This document shows positions 28,301 through 37,920 of a stretch of DNA of 64,000 nucleotides, in pieces. The stretch is from Patescibacteria group bacterium (GTDB lineage Bacteria > Patescibacteriota > Minisyncoccia > Phycocordibacterales > UBA9973), in assembly GCA_040388575.1 (NCBI GenBank), contig JAZKBO010000001.1, positions 6,549-70,548 on the forward strand, in the 5' to 3' direction. The position numbers and the translations under genes were made by a program. Positions within the stretch are counted from its first letter, which is position 1. Each line of letters begins with the position of its first letter. The notes beneath the pieces are model-generated. The model was not told the origin of the DNA. It was given only the letters and a program-made list of their open reading frames with translations, and ran no database searches.

Positions 28301-29368
28301 AATAATACAAATCAGCAAATATGTGTATGGCATGGGTCTACTCTTGCCAACATTTATGATGTGCAAACACCAAACTATGGCACCACCACTTTAAATGGCT
28401 ACATTCTGTACGGCTTCAATGGCCCACTGCATGGTATCACTCCAGATGGTGAAGATGTGGACCTTACTGTTGCGCCTGGGGGGTTTGAACAGACCGGCAG
28501 GTTGTTTATGGTGAATGGTCAGCTTTGGGTGGCGTCCGGTGGTTATGAAAATCTAGGAACCGACACGGAAAAAGGATATGTGTTCCTAAGGCCTTGGGGC
28601 AGCCAGTCTGCCATAGCAGTAGCGGCAGATGTGGGCCGCGACCAATTGAGTGTGGCTGTTTCGGGTTCTAATTTTGTGATCGCGACTACCGAGGTAGTGG
28701 CAGGAACTTTAACAGTTCAAACTATACCGATAAATTCACCTCGAGGAGCTTTAGGAAATACTTGTACAACGGGGGACACCAGCGGTGACACGAGTGGGGA
28801 TGGTACTGGCACGGATGATGGTACCGGAACTGACACTTCACTTACGGGAGATGGAAGCACTTCCACCAGTGACCTTTCCTATGGCTCTCCAGCTCCAAGC
28901 ACTTCGACACCAACTCCAGCACCAGCACCGACAAAAAATCCAAGTTCAAGTACTGACTCCCAAATTTCATACAACACATATTCAGGCACAAGTCCTATCA
29001 CCAGTTCTGGCACTACTAGAATATTTGCCACTCAACCTTCCGGCGGTGGTAGTGGATCCCAATCAACCTCTTACAATAGCAACACTGGGACAAACCCAAC
29101 TTCAGGTGGAAGCACGAATGGTGACTTCGGTGGAAGTACGAGCGGAACTTCATATGATGACAGTGGCAGTAGAAGCTTCACAGTAACTCCAACGCCAAGT
29201 AACAACAGTGCACAAGAACCGCTTTACACCAACCAAGCAGGGGAAAATACTCCGAACGCGCCAGCAGCTACCGGCGGTAGTTCAAAGTGGTGGATTATTC
29301 TGGGAGTAATTTTCCTGGTGGCAATAGCAATGTTCGTGTGGTGGAGAATGCGAAATAGAAATCATTAA
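25346..29368 (+). CDS. Giant (1340 aa) cell-surface protein: signal peptide, Ser/Thr/Gly-rich low-complexity stalk, C-terminal TM anchor
   Basis: Signal peptide 'LLVIAVLVPVLLFFSAPKKVEA'. C-terminal 'WWIILGVIFLVAIAMFVWWRMRNRNH'. STG-rich repeats over 28740-29290. Confidence 0.6.
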   Translation: MNFKNPRIQKLTSALLVIAVLVPVLLFFSAPKKVEAQGSGWPQFVQLVLIGGSTGKSQVTGTASLAIQIRQQAKLVLAEVLKGIARRLLQQMTKSTINWINSGFHGAPLFVENPKSFFGDIEKYEVRNFVDQIGYDSLRFPFGKTTALNIINTFRRSPTAGLEYTLSNVINDPVYLENYRNNFNVGGWNGFLINTQYPQNNAIGFRLLATEEISKRLDINDIHTNAGQIQNTLNQGLGFLSPQTCPSNPKYNNLQNQFNQPTFKSTTPWNPPPEISDQWSPDEYPAILQHYTDTYNQTVANERADWLRSTGCPGGLVNTTPGSAVGAALNKALGGSQDQTTLAAAMGNSVSQIVDSLLNHFLQKGLNALSSTVNPPKPVDDWSYDGQSLGTDIPSNSSAWDAGPDELVVLADFKQGVVDGIKNTQEEIGLMDNRNPKNPGIIQEINLIWPQIRQLDQCIPGPDVKWGDRLQTEWERNDQKFQEKASDQNGEKAALARIASQELQYAVKSFEDWIKNKMILALPDSVNYIDAVDGALDPLNNQSNDLLNSKRVRIQSLARLQSIQANLNRFTTDPAPNSGAAQALINLYKQYKAVRPTISSSESIEDSRNELNMLKEQLVSTIDMTKQCKTERTQNGWGPIDTSGKGGARAPGSQSGPSSTPSIFGGSSAPSRSTEKGYFCDSPIVGGFSHGEATVTSGAFGFNSTNDEVLFKQRTTPPAYGNELPMVNASNVPYSWGILGDKRTNVEVNCKILFKASVLDYKGSINGLTTISDNGGGGAGSGSGGTCVDTGPATPPKIAAPTSVWNPPPQTMVPGTIHPEALVNNGWWPHLSPDGKFVAYGNFGGSWVSNLLTKKTYDLTNPPGLPAGGRCYSGFWLQDSSVISEWCEIPGGDYYNRYIWTYNTSQDTWTSTPTGENPNLVAGNYFGADKGHWFSELAGKRIVLDGKVLATTPPPGTTSDPNDVAGSAMVGTSISQDGDTIVHACNNTNQQICVWHGSTLANIYDVQTPNYGTTTLNGYILYGFNGPLHGITPDGEDVDLTVAPGGFEQTGRLFMVNGQLWVASGGYENLGTDTEKGYVFLRPWGSQSAIAVAADVGRDQLSVAVSGSNFVIATTEVVAGTLTVQTIPINSPRGALGNTCTTGDTSGDTSGDGTGTDDGTGTDTSLTGDGSTSTSDLSYGSPAPSTSTPTPAPAPTKNPSSSTDSQISYNTYSGTSPITSSGTTRIFATQPSGGGSGSQSTSYNSNTGTNPTSGGSTNGDFGGSTSGTSYDDSGSRSFTVTPTPSNNSAQEPLYTNQAGENTPNAPAATGGSSKWWIILGVIFLVAIAMFVWWRMRNRNH

Positions 29369-29369
29369 A

Positions 29370-31703
29370 ATGCGAAAATTTTTACCATTCATTTTAATAC
29401 TGGCAGTCTTGATGGGAACTTTCAGCCCAGCTATTAGTCCACGTGTCCAGGCATCCTCACAGAATCCGAACGAAAATTGTGTATATGGAGTTGGTGGAAT
29501 AATTCAAAATCGCCCTTGTCATGAAGTTAATCCTGGTACTGCACCTGTAGCTGGTAATGCTGGCGCAGATCAAAATGCAGTAGCATGTACCCCAGATGCA
29601 ACCGGAAAAATACCAGCTGGATGTAACCCAAACACAAAGAGTACTGATGTATATAGTAATATCGGCTGTGACTCCATAATGAGTGCAAGTGTGCTGGCAT
29701 GCCTGACCCGTGTAGTACAATTCTTTTTCATTACTCTGCCCAGTTTACTTACTACAATATCCGCCAGAATGTTCGACTTCCTAGCTGGGCTGACTTTGAG
29801 TAGTGAAATGTATAAATTCGACTTCATTGGAAATATTTGGGTTATTGTTAGAGACTTTTCCAATATTGCATTTATTCTGGTCCTGTTATATGCAGCCTTT
29901 CAAATGATTTTAGGTCTAGGGCACAGTGAAACAAAAAAGCTAATTGCTGGGGTTGTGGTGATGGCACTGATGGTTAACTTCAGTTTATTTTTCACCAGAG
30001 TGGTGGTGGACTCCGGTAATATTTTAGGACTTATTTTTTACAATAGAATTATAGTAGATGGAGCGCCGGAAGACCCTATCGCCGACCCAGGGGCAACTAA
30101 AGTGCAAGAAAAAAGTATCTCGAGGGCAATTGCTAATAGATTTGACATTACCAAAGTTCTAAACGCTGGAAGCTTCAAGACTGAAACAACAGCATCTGGA
30201 ACGGGTACTTTGGGTGCAGCGGGGGCGGGATGTGCTGCGGGTGCATTCCTTTTGGGTGTGGGTTGTGTAGGGGGGGCAGTTGTGGGCGGGCTATTTGGAT
30301 ATTTATTTTTAGGCTCAGAAACCTTAACTAATGAAAGCTACCTTTCCATAATGGGAATAATGGTTGCGTACGGATTGATATTGTATATGCTGGCATACTC
30401 CTTCCTAGTAGCGGCTTTTAGCTTCCTTGCCAGAATGCTGACACTGATCATGCTTATGGTCGTCTCGCCTTTTGCGTTTGTAAGTTATGCTGTGCCGGGC
30501 CTGAAGAAAATAGGCAAGGTAGGCTTTGATAGTTGGCTTTCCTCTCTTTTGTCAGCATCATTCATGGGAGCAGTGTTTATGTTCATACTTTATGTAGTTA
30601 CAACTATAATGAAGGCGGACATATTCACTCAAATATCGAAAAAAGATTTGCTTACGACTAACCCTGTAGGCTGGCTAGTGGTTGTTTTCGTCCCATCCAT
30701 CATGATTTGTATGCTCCTCCTAGCTGGAACTAAATATGCAAAAAAGGCATCGGGGGAAATTACGGGTGTGGTGATAAATGGAGCGAAAGTGTTAGCAGGA
30801 CTTGCAGTAGGCGGTGCGGCACTAGGAACTGCTGGAATACTAAGAGGTACCGTAGGTGCAGTTATGAAAAAATCTTCAACGGGAGATATTGCAGCTAATA
30901 GAATTGGTCAAAATCAGGCAAGAATTGCAGCTAATCAAGCCATCCTTAATAACGCAGCTACTCCTTGGTCTGCACGAGTTAAAGCTCGTACTGAAATAAG
31001 AAAAGCGAATGCGGATATAAGATTAGGAAATGTACAAAATGCAATAGGAATAGGCGATGCACAGCGAGCTATTGGTAGACAACTTAATGCTGACCAGCAA
31101 GGTGTAGCGCAGGCCGAACATGCTCGACGCGACCTCGACCAAATGGCAAGTAACATAACACACGGTAAAAAGAAAACATGGGAAGAATTAAATGGTGAAG
31201 AAAGAAGACAAGGTAGGAGGGATGTTGAGAGAGACAGGGAAAGAAGAGCACTGGGTTTTGGAAATGTAACTTGGGCAAACCTTAATCCTAACGTACAGGC
31301 TACGATTGATGCAGCGGTAAATCCACGCCTTGCAGCTGGCCAGACTTGGGTTGATCAACATATATTACCTGAGGCGATGAGAAAACAAGGTTCAGTGAGT
31401 AATTTTGTTCAGTCTACAGTTACTGGAAGTTATGATGTTCGTGGCCTAGCAAAAGTAATTGCAAAAGAACAAAGTACTGGCTTTGCAAAACTTACAATGG
31501 GCTTGACTGGAGCAATAGCAATGGGCATGCGGGGAGGATTTAAACAGCTTGGAGTTAATTATGGTGAGCCTCAACATGCTTTCTTGAAAGACCTAGGCCA
31601 TACAATTACTGAGGCATTAAAGAGCATGAAGGTTAATGTTGACCTTTCACACGTCGGTGAGCAGAAAAAGGAAGGGGATAAAGGTGGAGGTGGACATCAT
31701 TAA
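29370..31703 (+). CDS. Polytopic membrane protein, VirB6/TrbL-like component of a T4SS-like cluster
   Basis: Signal peptide, Cys-containing extracytoplasmic domain, then at least 6 TM helices and a long hydrophilic tail. Lies upstream of the VirB3/VirB4-like genes. Confidence 0.45.
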   Translation: MRKFLPFILILAVLMGTFSPAISPRVQASSQNPNENCVYGVGGIIQNRPCHEVNPGTAPVAGNAGADQNAVACTPDATGKIPAGCNPNTKSTDVYSNIGCDSIMSASVLACLTRVVQFFFITLPSLLTTISARMFDFLAGLTLSSEMYKFDFIGNIWVIVRDFSNIAFILVLLYAAFQMILGLGHSETKKLIAGVVVMALMVNFSLFFTRVVVDSGNILGLIFYNRIIVDGAPEDPIADPGATKVQEKSISRAIANRFDITKVLNAGSFKTETTASGTGTLGAAGAGCAAGAFLLGVGCVGGAVVGGLFGYLFLGSETLTNESYLSIMGIMVAYGLILYMLAYSFLVAAFSFLARMLTLIMLMVVSPFAFVSYAVPGLKKIGKVGFDSWLSSLLSASFMGAVFMFILYVVTTIMKADIFTQISKKDLLTTNPVGWLVVVFVPSIMICMLLLAGTKYAKKASGEITGVVINGAKVLAGLAVGGAALGTAGILRGTVGAVMKKSSTGDIAANRIGQNQARIAANQAILNNAATPWSARVKARTEIRKANADIRLGNVQNAIGIGDAQRAIGRQLNADQQGVAQAEHARRDLDQMASNITHGKKKTWEELNGEERRQGRRDVERDRERRALGFGNVTWANLNPNVQATIDAAVNPRLAAGQTWVDQHILPEAMRKQGSVSNFVQSTVTGSYDVRGLAKVIAKEQSTGFAKLTMGLTGAIAMGMRGGFKQLGVNYGEPQHAFLKDLGHTITEALKSMKVNVDLSHVGEQKKEGDKGGGGHH

Positions 31704-31714
31704 AAAATAAAAAT

Positions 31715-32749
31715 ATGAATCCAGAAGAATTACAAAAGAATATCGCACTATATTACTCCAAGCTCCCAAAGGAAGCGCAGGAAGTATTTGCCAAGATGGA
31801 TTGGCTGGAAAGATTAAAGTCGCTGACGGCGATGTATGGCTTAACTGGGCAGCAGCAGGAAATTCTTGGTACTGAAACTACTCTAATACTTCTTGGTATG
31901 ATTAATCAGGGGGAATACGAAGCAACTTTAACGAATGAAATGGGTTTGAAACCAGATTTGATTGATAAAATTTTAGTTGAAATAAACAACGGTATTTTAA
32001 AACCCATCGCTCCACAACTTACTGCAACTTACCAAAAAAATAATGTGGAGAATGTGCCAATAGATACAGATCGAGGAGGAATAGAAGAGAAGTTGGATGA
32101 GCGATTTAAAAAATTACCACAAAATATCCAGAATGCTATCGGCCAATCCAATTACCAAACAGCGCTCTATGATATATACAAGGAGTACAAGCTCACTATC
32201 GAGCAAGTTGGTATGCTGGAAGATACGTTAATAGAGGTAATGCTAACAAATATCTCCGCGGGAGAGTTCGAGAGAGAGATCCGTAATAAGTTGAGGTTAG
32301 ATGATGATAAAACTAAAGATTTGATAGTAGCCATTAATGAAAAAATAATAAAAAAAGTCAGGCAAAACATGGCGGCAAGTGCACCGGCACAAATACAGGA
32401 TGAAGAGATGAAGGTTTTAGATAGTGCGGGTATAAGTATAATTGAACCGTGGAAAAAGGAAGCTCCCGCCCCCAGTGCACCGATGGAGGTAAAGCCAGCT
32501 CAAGTGGTTAAAGAAGTAAAGGAGATTAAGCCCAACCTCTCAATCCCAGAGCTACCAGTTGGAGATGTTCCAGCTCCAACACCTGCCGCTATGACTGCGC
32601 CAGCACCTTCAATATTGAAGCAAAAGTTTTCAGACACTTTCCAAATTCCAACAGTTACCACCCAACATGGGGAAAGTGAACCCGTAATCCCAGATCGGAA
32701 TTCGTACCCGAAAGGGACAGATCCATATCGAATTTCACCTGAAGAATAA
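31715..32749 (+). CDS. Hypothetical protein with a Pro/Ala-rich C-terminus (T4SS-like cluster)
   Basis: 344-aa ORF, co-oriented and tightly spaced in the cluster. Confidence 0.5.
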   Translation: MNPEELQKNIALYYSKLPKEAQEVFAKMDWLERLKSLTAMYGLTGQQQEILGTETTLILLGMINQGEYEATLTNEMGLKPDLIDKILVEINNGILKPIAPQLTATYQKNNVENVPIDTDRGGIEEKLDERFKKLPQNIQNAIGQSNYQTALYDIYKEYKLTIEQVGMLEDTLIEVMLTNISAGEFEREIRNKLRLDDDKTKDLIVAINEKIIKKVRQNMAASAPAQIQDEEMKVLDSAGISIIEPWKKEAPAPSAPMEVKPAQVVKEVKEIKPNLSIPELPVGDVPAPTPAAMTAPAPSILKQKFSDTFQIPTVTTQHGESEPVIPDRNSYPKGTDPYRISPEE

Positions 32750-32750
32750 T

Positions 32751-33224
32751 ATGCAATTCAAAGTACCACAATTTTTAGAAATAGAAGACAAGATATTTGG
32801 TCCTTTTACCTTCAGGCAATTTATTTACCTTATCGGTGGGGCAGGGGTATGCTTCGTCCTATATAGACTACTAGGATTCTGGTGGGGGGTTCTGCCTATT
32901 ATACTTTTGGCTGCTTTTTCTTTAGCACTAAGCTTCTACAAACCAAACAATAAACCATTTATCTTCATGGTTGAAGCTGCTTTCCATTATACATTACAAA
33001 GTAAATTGTATATCTGGAAAAAACCAGAGAATAGAGAGCGGAATAAAAAGGAAGAGGGAAGGGCAGCAGATAAAGCGGACAAAGCGCAGCAGGATTTTTA
33101 CGCAGCCATGGGTGGTGGTAAATTAAGTGGTAGTAAATTGCGGGATCTGGCGTGGAGTTTAGACGTGCTGGATTTAAATAAGCAGTCGAGTAATACCGGA
33201 GGGGAACCGATAATGAGGAAATAA
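32751..33224 (+). CDS. Small two-TM membrane protein, VirB3-like (by position and topology)
   Basis: 157 aa with two adjacent hydrophobic helices, immediately upstream of VirB4-like ORFs. Confidence 0.4.
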   Translation: MQFKVPQFLEIEDKIFGPFTFRQFIYLIGGAGVCFVLYRLLGFWWGVLPIILLAAFSLALSFYKPNNKPFIFMVEAAFHYTLQSKLYIWKKPENRERNKKEEGRAADKADKAQQDFYAAMGGGKLSGSKLRDLAWSLDVLDLNKQSSNTGGEPIMRK

Positions 33225-33238
33225 TATATAATAAAATT

Positions 33239-33889
33239 ATGGCACTAAACGCAAAAGCAACTCAAGAGTTCATGCCCATCAAGGAAGTCCGTGATGGTAT
33301 TGTAGTACTCAAAGATGGTGACCTACGCGCAGTGGTGCTAGCCAACTCCATCAACCTTTCTTTAAAATCCGCTGATGAGCAGCGCGCAACCATTCTACAG
33401 TTTCAAAACTTCCTAAATACTTTAGATTTCTCTATTCAGATATCAGCAGAGTCTAGGCGCCTGGACATACGGCCATATCTTTTCATATTAGAGAACAGAA
33501 TGAAGGTACAAAATGAGCCATTAATTAAACTCCAAACCCGAGAATATATTGAATTTATAAGGAATTTTACGGATTCGGTTAGTATAATGACTAAAAGCTT
33601 TTTCGTAGTAGTCCCGTACGGCAACATTGGGTTGAAGCCAGCCACAGGGTTGTTCAGCCGCTTATTCGGCGGTAGAAATAAAGCACAGACCCAAGTAGCC
33701 GAGCAGGTGGACTTCGAAGAAAAGAGGTCCCAGTTGGAGCAGCGAGTAAGTGTTATTCAACAAGGACTCTCCCGTTGCGGGATTAATTCCGCTCAGTTAG
33801 GAACGGAAGAAGTGGTGGAGGTATTTTATAAAGTTTTCAACCCAGGAGAGTTAGAAGGTAAAATTAATTTGGACCAAAACGTGCAGTAA
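33239..33889 (+). CDS. VirB4/TrbE-family N-terminal domain encoded as a separate ORF
   Basis: 'IKEVRDGIVVLKDGDLRAVVLANSINLSL...EQRATILQFQNFLNTLDFSIQI' resembles the VirB4/TrbE N-terminus. Ends 8 nt before the ATPase ORF, in a different frame. Confidence 0.5.
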   Translation: MALNAKATQEFMPIKEVRDGIVVLKDGDLRAVVLANSINLSLKSADEQRATILQFQNFLNTLDFSIQISAESRRLDIRPYLFILENRMKVQNEPLIKLQTREYIEFIRNFTDSVSIMTKSFFVVVPYGNIGLKPATGLFSRLFGGRNKAQTQVAEQVDFEEKRSQLEQRVSVIQQGLSRCGINSAQLGTEEVVEVFYKVFNPGELEGKINLDQNVQ

Positions 33890-33897
33890 ATAAATTT

Positions 33898-35814
33898 ATG
33901 TCTATATTTGATACATTATTAGGAAGAAGTGGGGGGAGTAAGACTGGAAAAGATTCCGAGTCTAGAGCGTCGGTGCTAGCAGTCATGCCGGAGAAGATTT
34001 ACCAAGATGCAAACTTGGAGCTTCAAGACGTCATCGCTCCATCGGCACTTAAAGTAGAGCCGAAATCCCTGAACTTGGGAGATAAAATTGCTCGCACCTT
34101 CTTTATCATATCGTATCCTAGGTATTTAACAGACAACTGGTTCTCGCCGATAATAAATTTGGATAAAATTTTTGATATTTCGATTTTTATTCACCCGATT
34201 GATACCTCACTTATCTTACGCCAGTTCCAAAAGAAAGTGGCCGAGGTAGAGAGTCAAATAAATGTACGGGAAGCCCGTGGAATGGTCCGCGACCCAATGC
34301 TTGATACCGCTTATCAGGACCTAGAAGGGCTGCGGGACAGCTTGATCCAGGCCCAAGAGAAGATGTTTGACGTTGGAATTTATATCACTATCTATGCGGA
34401 CAACGAACTCGAGCTCTTTAAGGTGGAGAATGAAATTAAATCCATGTTCGAATCCAAACTTATATACATTAAACCAGCACTATTCCAACAAGAGGAGGGT
34501 TTCAAAAGTGTAATACCACTCAATACGGACTTGTTAGGCATTCACCAAAAGCTAAACTCCGAGCCACTATCTTCGGTATTCCCATTTGTTTCCTTTGACC
34601 TAACGTCCGACAAAGGCATACTCTATGGAGTAAATAGGCATAACTCCAGCTTAGTTATTTTCGACAGATTTTCATTAGAAAACTATAATTCCGTAACTTT
34701 TGCTAAAGCTGGCTCTGGTAAATCCTACGCCACCAAGCTTGAAATCCTCCGCTCACTTATGTTCGATATTGATGTCATTGTTATCGACCCAGAGAGGGAA
34801 TATGAGTACTTAGCTGAAGCCGTGGGTGGCAGATATTTTAATATCTCACTTTCCTCCGACCACCACATCAACCCTTTTGACTTACCAATTCCACGTGAAG
34901 ATGAAACTGCGGAGGATGTGTTGCGCTCTAATATAATTAATCTAGTTGGCCTCTTCCGCTTAATGCTGGGGGGCCTAACTCCAGAAGAGGATTCAATGGT
35001 GGACCGGGCAATTTCAGAGACCTATGCAATAAAAGACATCACTCCAGAGTCTGACTTTGCTAATATTGAGCCGCCGCTTCTGGCAGACTTTGAAATGGTG
35101 CTCTCGGGTATGGACGGTAGCGACTCTGTAGTTCAGCGCTTAGCTAAATATACTCGTGGTTCCTGGGCAACCTTCCTAAATCGCCCCAGTAATGTGGATA
35201 TAAATAAAAAGTTCGTGGTTTTTTCTATCCGCGACATGGAGGATGAACTTAAGCCGGTAGCTATGTATATAGTCATGCACTATATATGGAATGCTATCCG
35301 CCGGAATTTGAAAAAGCGCCTCCTGGTAGTAGATGAGGCTTGGTGGATGATGAAGTCTGAAGATACCGCTTCCTTCCTTTATTCTATTGCAAAGCGCGGG
35401 CGCAAATATTATCTAGGCCTTGCGACTATCACCCAAGACGCAGCTGACTTTATGAACTCGCCTTACGGTGTGCCTATTGTCACCAACTCTTCTATCCAAT
35501 TACTCTTGAAACAGTCACCAGCGACAATTGATATATTGCAGAAAACTTTCAACCTCACCGATGAAGAAAAGTATTTACTTTTGGAATCCGGAATTGGAGA
35601 GGGGATATTCTTTGCCGGATTGAAGCACGTGGCCATAAAAATCGTGGCTTCTTATACAGAAGATCAGATAATTACCTCAGACCCTTCACAAATTTTATCC
35701 AATAGAAAAGCCAAAATAGAGCTCGAAGAGGGCAAGGTTGAGGATGAAAATCCTTGGAAGAGAATTGGCCTACCGAAAGAAGGTGAGGTCAAGGCTGAAG
35801 TGAAAAAGCCGTAA
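33898..35814 (+). CDS. VirB4/TraC/TrbE-like T4SS ATPase (C-terminal ATPase portion)
   Basis: Walker A 'AKAGSGKSYATK', Walker B 'LLVVDEAWWMM', 'LGLATITQD' motif. Confidence 0.85.
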   Translation: MSIFDTLLGRSGGSKTGKDSESRASVLAVMPEKIYQDANLELQDVIAPSALKVEPKSLNLGDKIARTFFIISYPRYLTDNWFSPIINLDKIFDISIFIHPIDTSLILRQFQKKVAEVESQINVREARGMVRDPMLDTAYQDLEGLRDSLIQAQEKMFDVGIYITIYADNELELFKVENEIKSMFESKLIYIKPALFQQEEGFKSVIPLNTDLLGIHQKLNSEPLSSVFPFVSFDLTSDKGILYGVNRHNSSLVIFDRFSLENYNSVTFAKAGSGKSYATKLEILRSLMFDIDVIVIDPEREYEYLAEAVGGRYFNISLSSDHHINPFDLPIPREDETAEDVLRSNIINLVGLFRLMLGGLTPEEDSMVDRAISETYAIKDITPESDFANIEPPLLADFEMVLSGMDGSDSVVQRLAKYTRGSWATFLNRPSNVDINKKFVVFSIRDMEDELKPVAMYIVMHYIWNAIRRNLKKRLLVVDEAWWMMKSEDTASFLYSIAKRGRKYYLGLATITQDAADFMNSPYGVPIVTNSSIQLLLKQSPATIDILQKTFNLTDEEKYLLLESGIGEGIFFAGLKHVAIKIVASYTEDQIITSDPSQILSNRKAKIELEEGKVEDENPWKRIGLPKEGEVKAEVKKP

Positions 35815-35839
35815 AGTTTTACGTGATATAATTAAACCA

Positions 35840-36805
35840 ATGCGTTTCAAAATTAAAATACTAAATTTATTACTGGTGAGTTTAATACTTTTTGTATCTT
35901 CTGTTTCGTATGCAGCTTCACCATCCTCTATTGGAGTGACGGTAACCCCTGAAAATCCTGCTCCAAATGAGAATGTTACTATTTCAGTAAACAGTTATTT
36001 AAATAACTTAGACAGTGTCTCCATAACCTGGATGCTCAACGGCGCCACAGTATTATCCGGAGTCGGTAAAAAAAGCTATTCCTTTAATGCCCCAGCCGCA
36101 GGCTCCCAAAGCACAGTAAGGGTTAGGGTAGCATTACCGGAAGGGCCAGTGGAGACCAGTGTACTGATCAAACCCAATAATATGATCCTCCTGTGGGAGG
36201 CCACGGATTCATATGTGCCACCTTTTTATAAAGGTAAGGCCCTGGCGACGACCGATAGTGAGATAAAAATAGTAGCTATGCCTGAGGTAAAAGGCATCAG
36301 CCCAAAAAATATGGTTTATGCCTGGAAAAAGGACTATACCCCAGACCAGGAAGCCTCTGGGTATAGTAAAAATTACTATATCTACACCAACGACTACTTA
36401 GAAAACGCAAATAATATCTCCGTCGTGGCTTCCACCACAGACGGTGCATCATCGGAGTCTGACATTAGCGTAGGTGCAGTAAATCCTAGAATTGTTTTCT
36501 ATAAACAAGATAATAATTTAGGCATTGCTTGGGAAAATGCGCTAGGGGACGGCCACCGGATAGAAGGTGAGGAGATATTGGTGGCAATTCCTTACTTTAT
36601 TTCACCAAAAACTTTATCACACCCCAGTTTAGTATGGAATTGGTCCATTAATAATAGCGCGGTAGACGTGCAGGGATTTAAGAAAAACTTTTTCCCAATT
36701 AAAATAGATCCAGGAACTTCCGGTACTTCAAATATCGGCCTACAAATTGAAAATAAGGATCGACTTTTCCAAAATGTAAGTAGTCAAATAAGTGTCCAAT
36801 TTTAA
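35840..36805 (+). CDS. Secreted hypothetical protein (T4SS-like cluster)
   Basis: Signal peptide 'LLVSLILFVSSVSYAAS'. Beta-rich composition. Confidence 0.5.
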   Translation: MRFKIKILNLLLVSLILFVSSVSYAASPSSIGVTVTPENPAPNENVTISVNSYLNNLDSVSITWMLNGATVLSGVGKKSYSFNAPAAGSQSTVRVRVALPEGPVETSVLIKPNNMILLWEATDSYVPPFYKGKALATTDSEIKIVAMPEVKGISPKNMVYAWKKDYTPDQEASGYSKNYYIYTNDYLENANNISVVASTTDGASSESDISVGAVNPRIVFYKQDNNLGIAWENALGDGHRIEGEEILVAIPYFISPKTLSHPSLVWNWSINNSAVDVQGFKKNFFPIKIDPGTSGTSNIGLQIENKDRLFQNVSSQISVQF

Positions 36806-37916
36806 AATGAAATTATTTAAATATTTTTTAATAATAATTGCTTTTCTGGGATTATTTGGTCAGGGAATTACATTATATGCCCAAACACCAAGTCCAAATG
36901 ACAGAGGAACATGTGTAACTCCGTCAACGAATATATTTGGTAAGCCTTCTACAATAACTACACTTACAACTAGGGGTAATTGTAGTGGTCCAAATCAAAG
37001 ATTTTCTCCTAATTCAGCCGGAGTTCAAGGTGCAGAGGCCGTAACAACACAGGTACAAACACAAGCAGAAGCGCAAGCGCAAAATCCACCTTCTACTCCG
37101 GTTTATACAACCGATAATTATACACTTCTAGCACCGCTGCCGTGTGGTAAAAATACGCCTGCGACAGGATGTGAAGGTGGTCTACAAAAAAATATTGACC
37201 CAACAAAAGGCCTGGGTGCATATTTGAATATAATGATTAAGATTTTTATTGGCCTGTGCGCTGTAATGGCGGTGGTTATGATCGTTATGGGTGGCATTGA
37301 ATACATGACCAGCGAACTTATTTCGAGCAAGGAAGCTGGAAGGGACAGAATTACGAATGCGGTCCTTGGTCTTATCTTAGCTCTTGGTTCTTATGCTCTC
37401 CTTTATACAATAAATCCGGATTTACTAAATACGGATGTAAATGTAGCAGATGTACACATTGCGTTTCAAGAAGATGTACCCCAAGCACCCATAAATGGAA
37501 CATTCCCTGATGGAAGTGTCTATAATACTCCTTGGAATGATACCACTGGCCCCCTAACTCCTATGGTTCCACATATTACATCTAAGCAGCCAGAATGTAC
37601 TTTTATCGGGCAATCAAACTGTACGTCAACCAGGGTACTTAACCTTAGTAGTGCAATAAATGTACAAAGAGGTTGCAATTGCGACATAGTCATTACTGGG
37701 GGAACCGAAACTTGGCTACACGGCGGAGCAACCGGCCACACCTCCCACCGACTCCAGTCTTCAACTATTGACCTTAGAAGGCTTCCTCAAACAGCGGAAA
37801 CAATTAAATTAGATAACTATCTTTCGGGTGGAAAACCGCTTGTTATGGATACCTGGTACCCATCATCAACCACCCAATATTTTTATTTTGAAGGAGATCA
37901 TTGGCACGTAAAATAA
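36792..37916 (+). CDS. Secreted/membrane protein with an internal two-helix hairpin reminiscent of VirB2/TrbC pilins
   Basis: Signal peptide, Cys-rich segment, then 'IKIFIGLCAVMAVVMIVMGGIEYM...AVLGLILALGSYALLYTI' (two hydrophobic helices). Confidence 0.35.
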   Translation: MSNFKMKLFKYFLIIIAFLGLFGQGITLYAQTPSPNDRGTCVTPSTNIFGKPSTITTLTTRGNCSGPNQRFSPNSAGVQGAEAVTTQVQTQAEAQAQNPPSTPVYTTDNYTLLAPLPCGKNTPATGCEGGLQKNIDPTKGLGAYLNIMIKIFIGLCAVMAVVMIVMGGIEYMTSELISSKEAGRDRITNAVLGLILALGSYALLYTINPDLLNTDVNVADVHIAFQEDVPQAPINGTFPDGSVYNTPWNDTTGPLTPMVPHITSKQPECTFIGQSNCTSTRVLNLSSAINVQRGCNCDIVITGGTETWLHGGATGHTSHRLQSSTIDLRRLPQTAETIKLDNYLSGGKPLVMDTWYPSSTTQYFYFEGDHWHVK

Positions 37917-37920
37917 TTTT

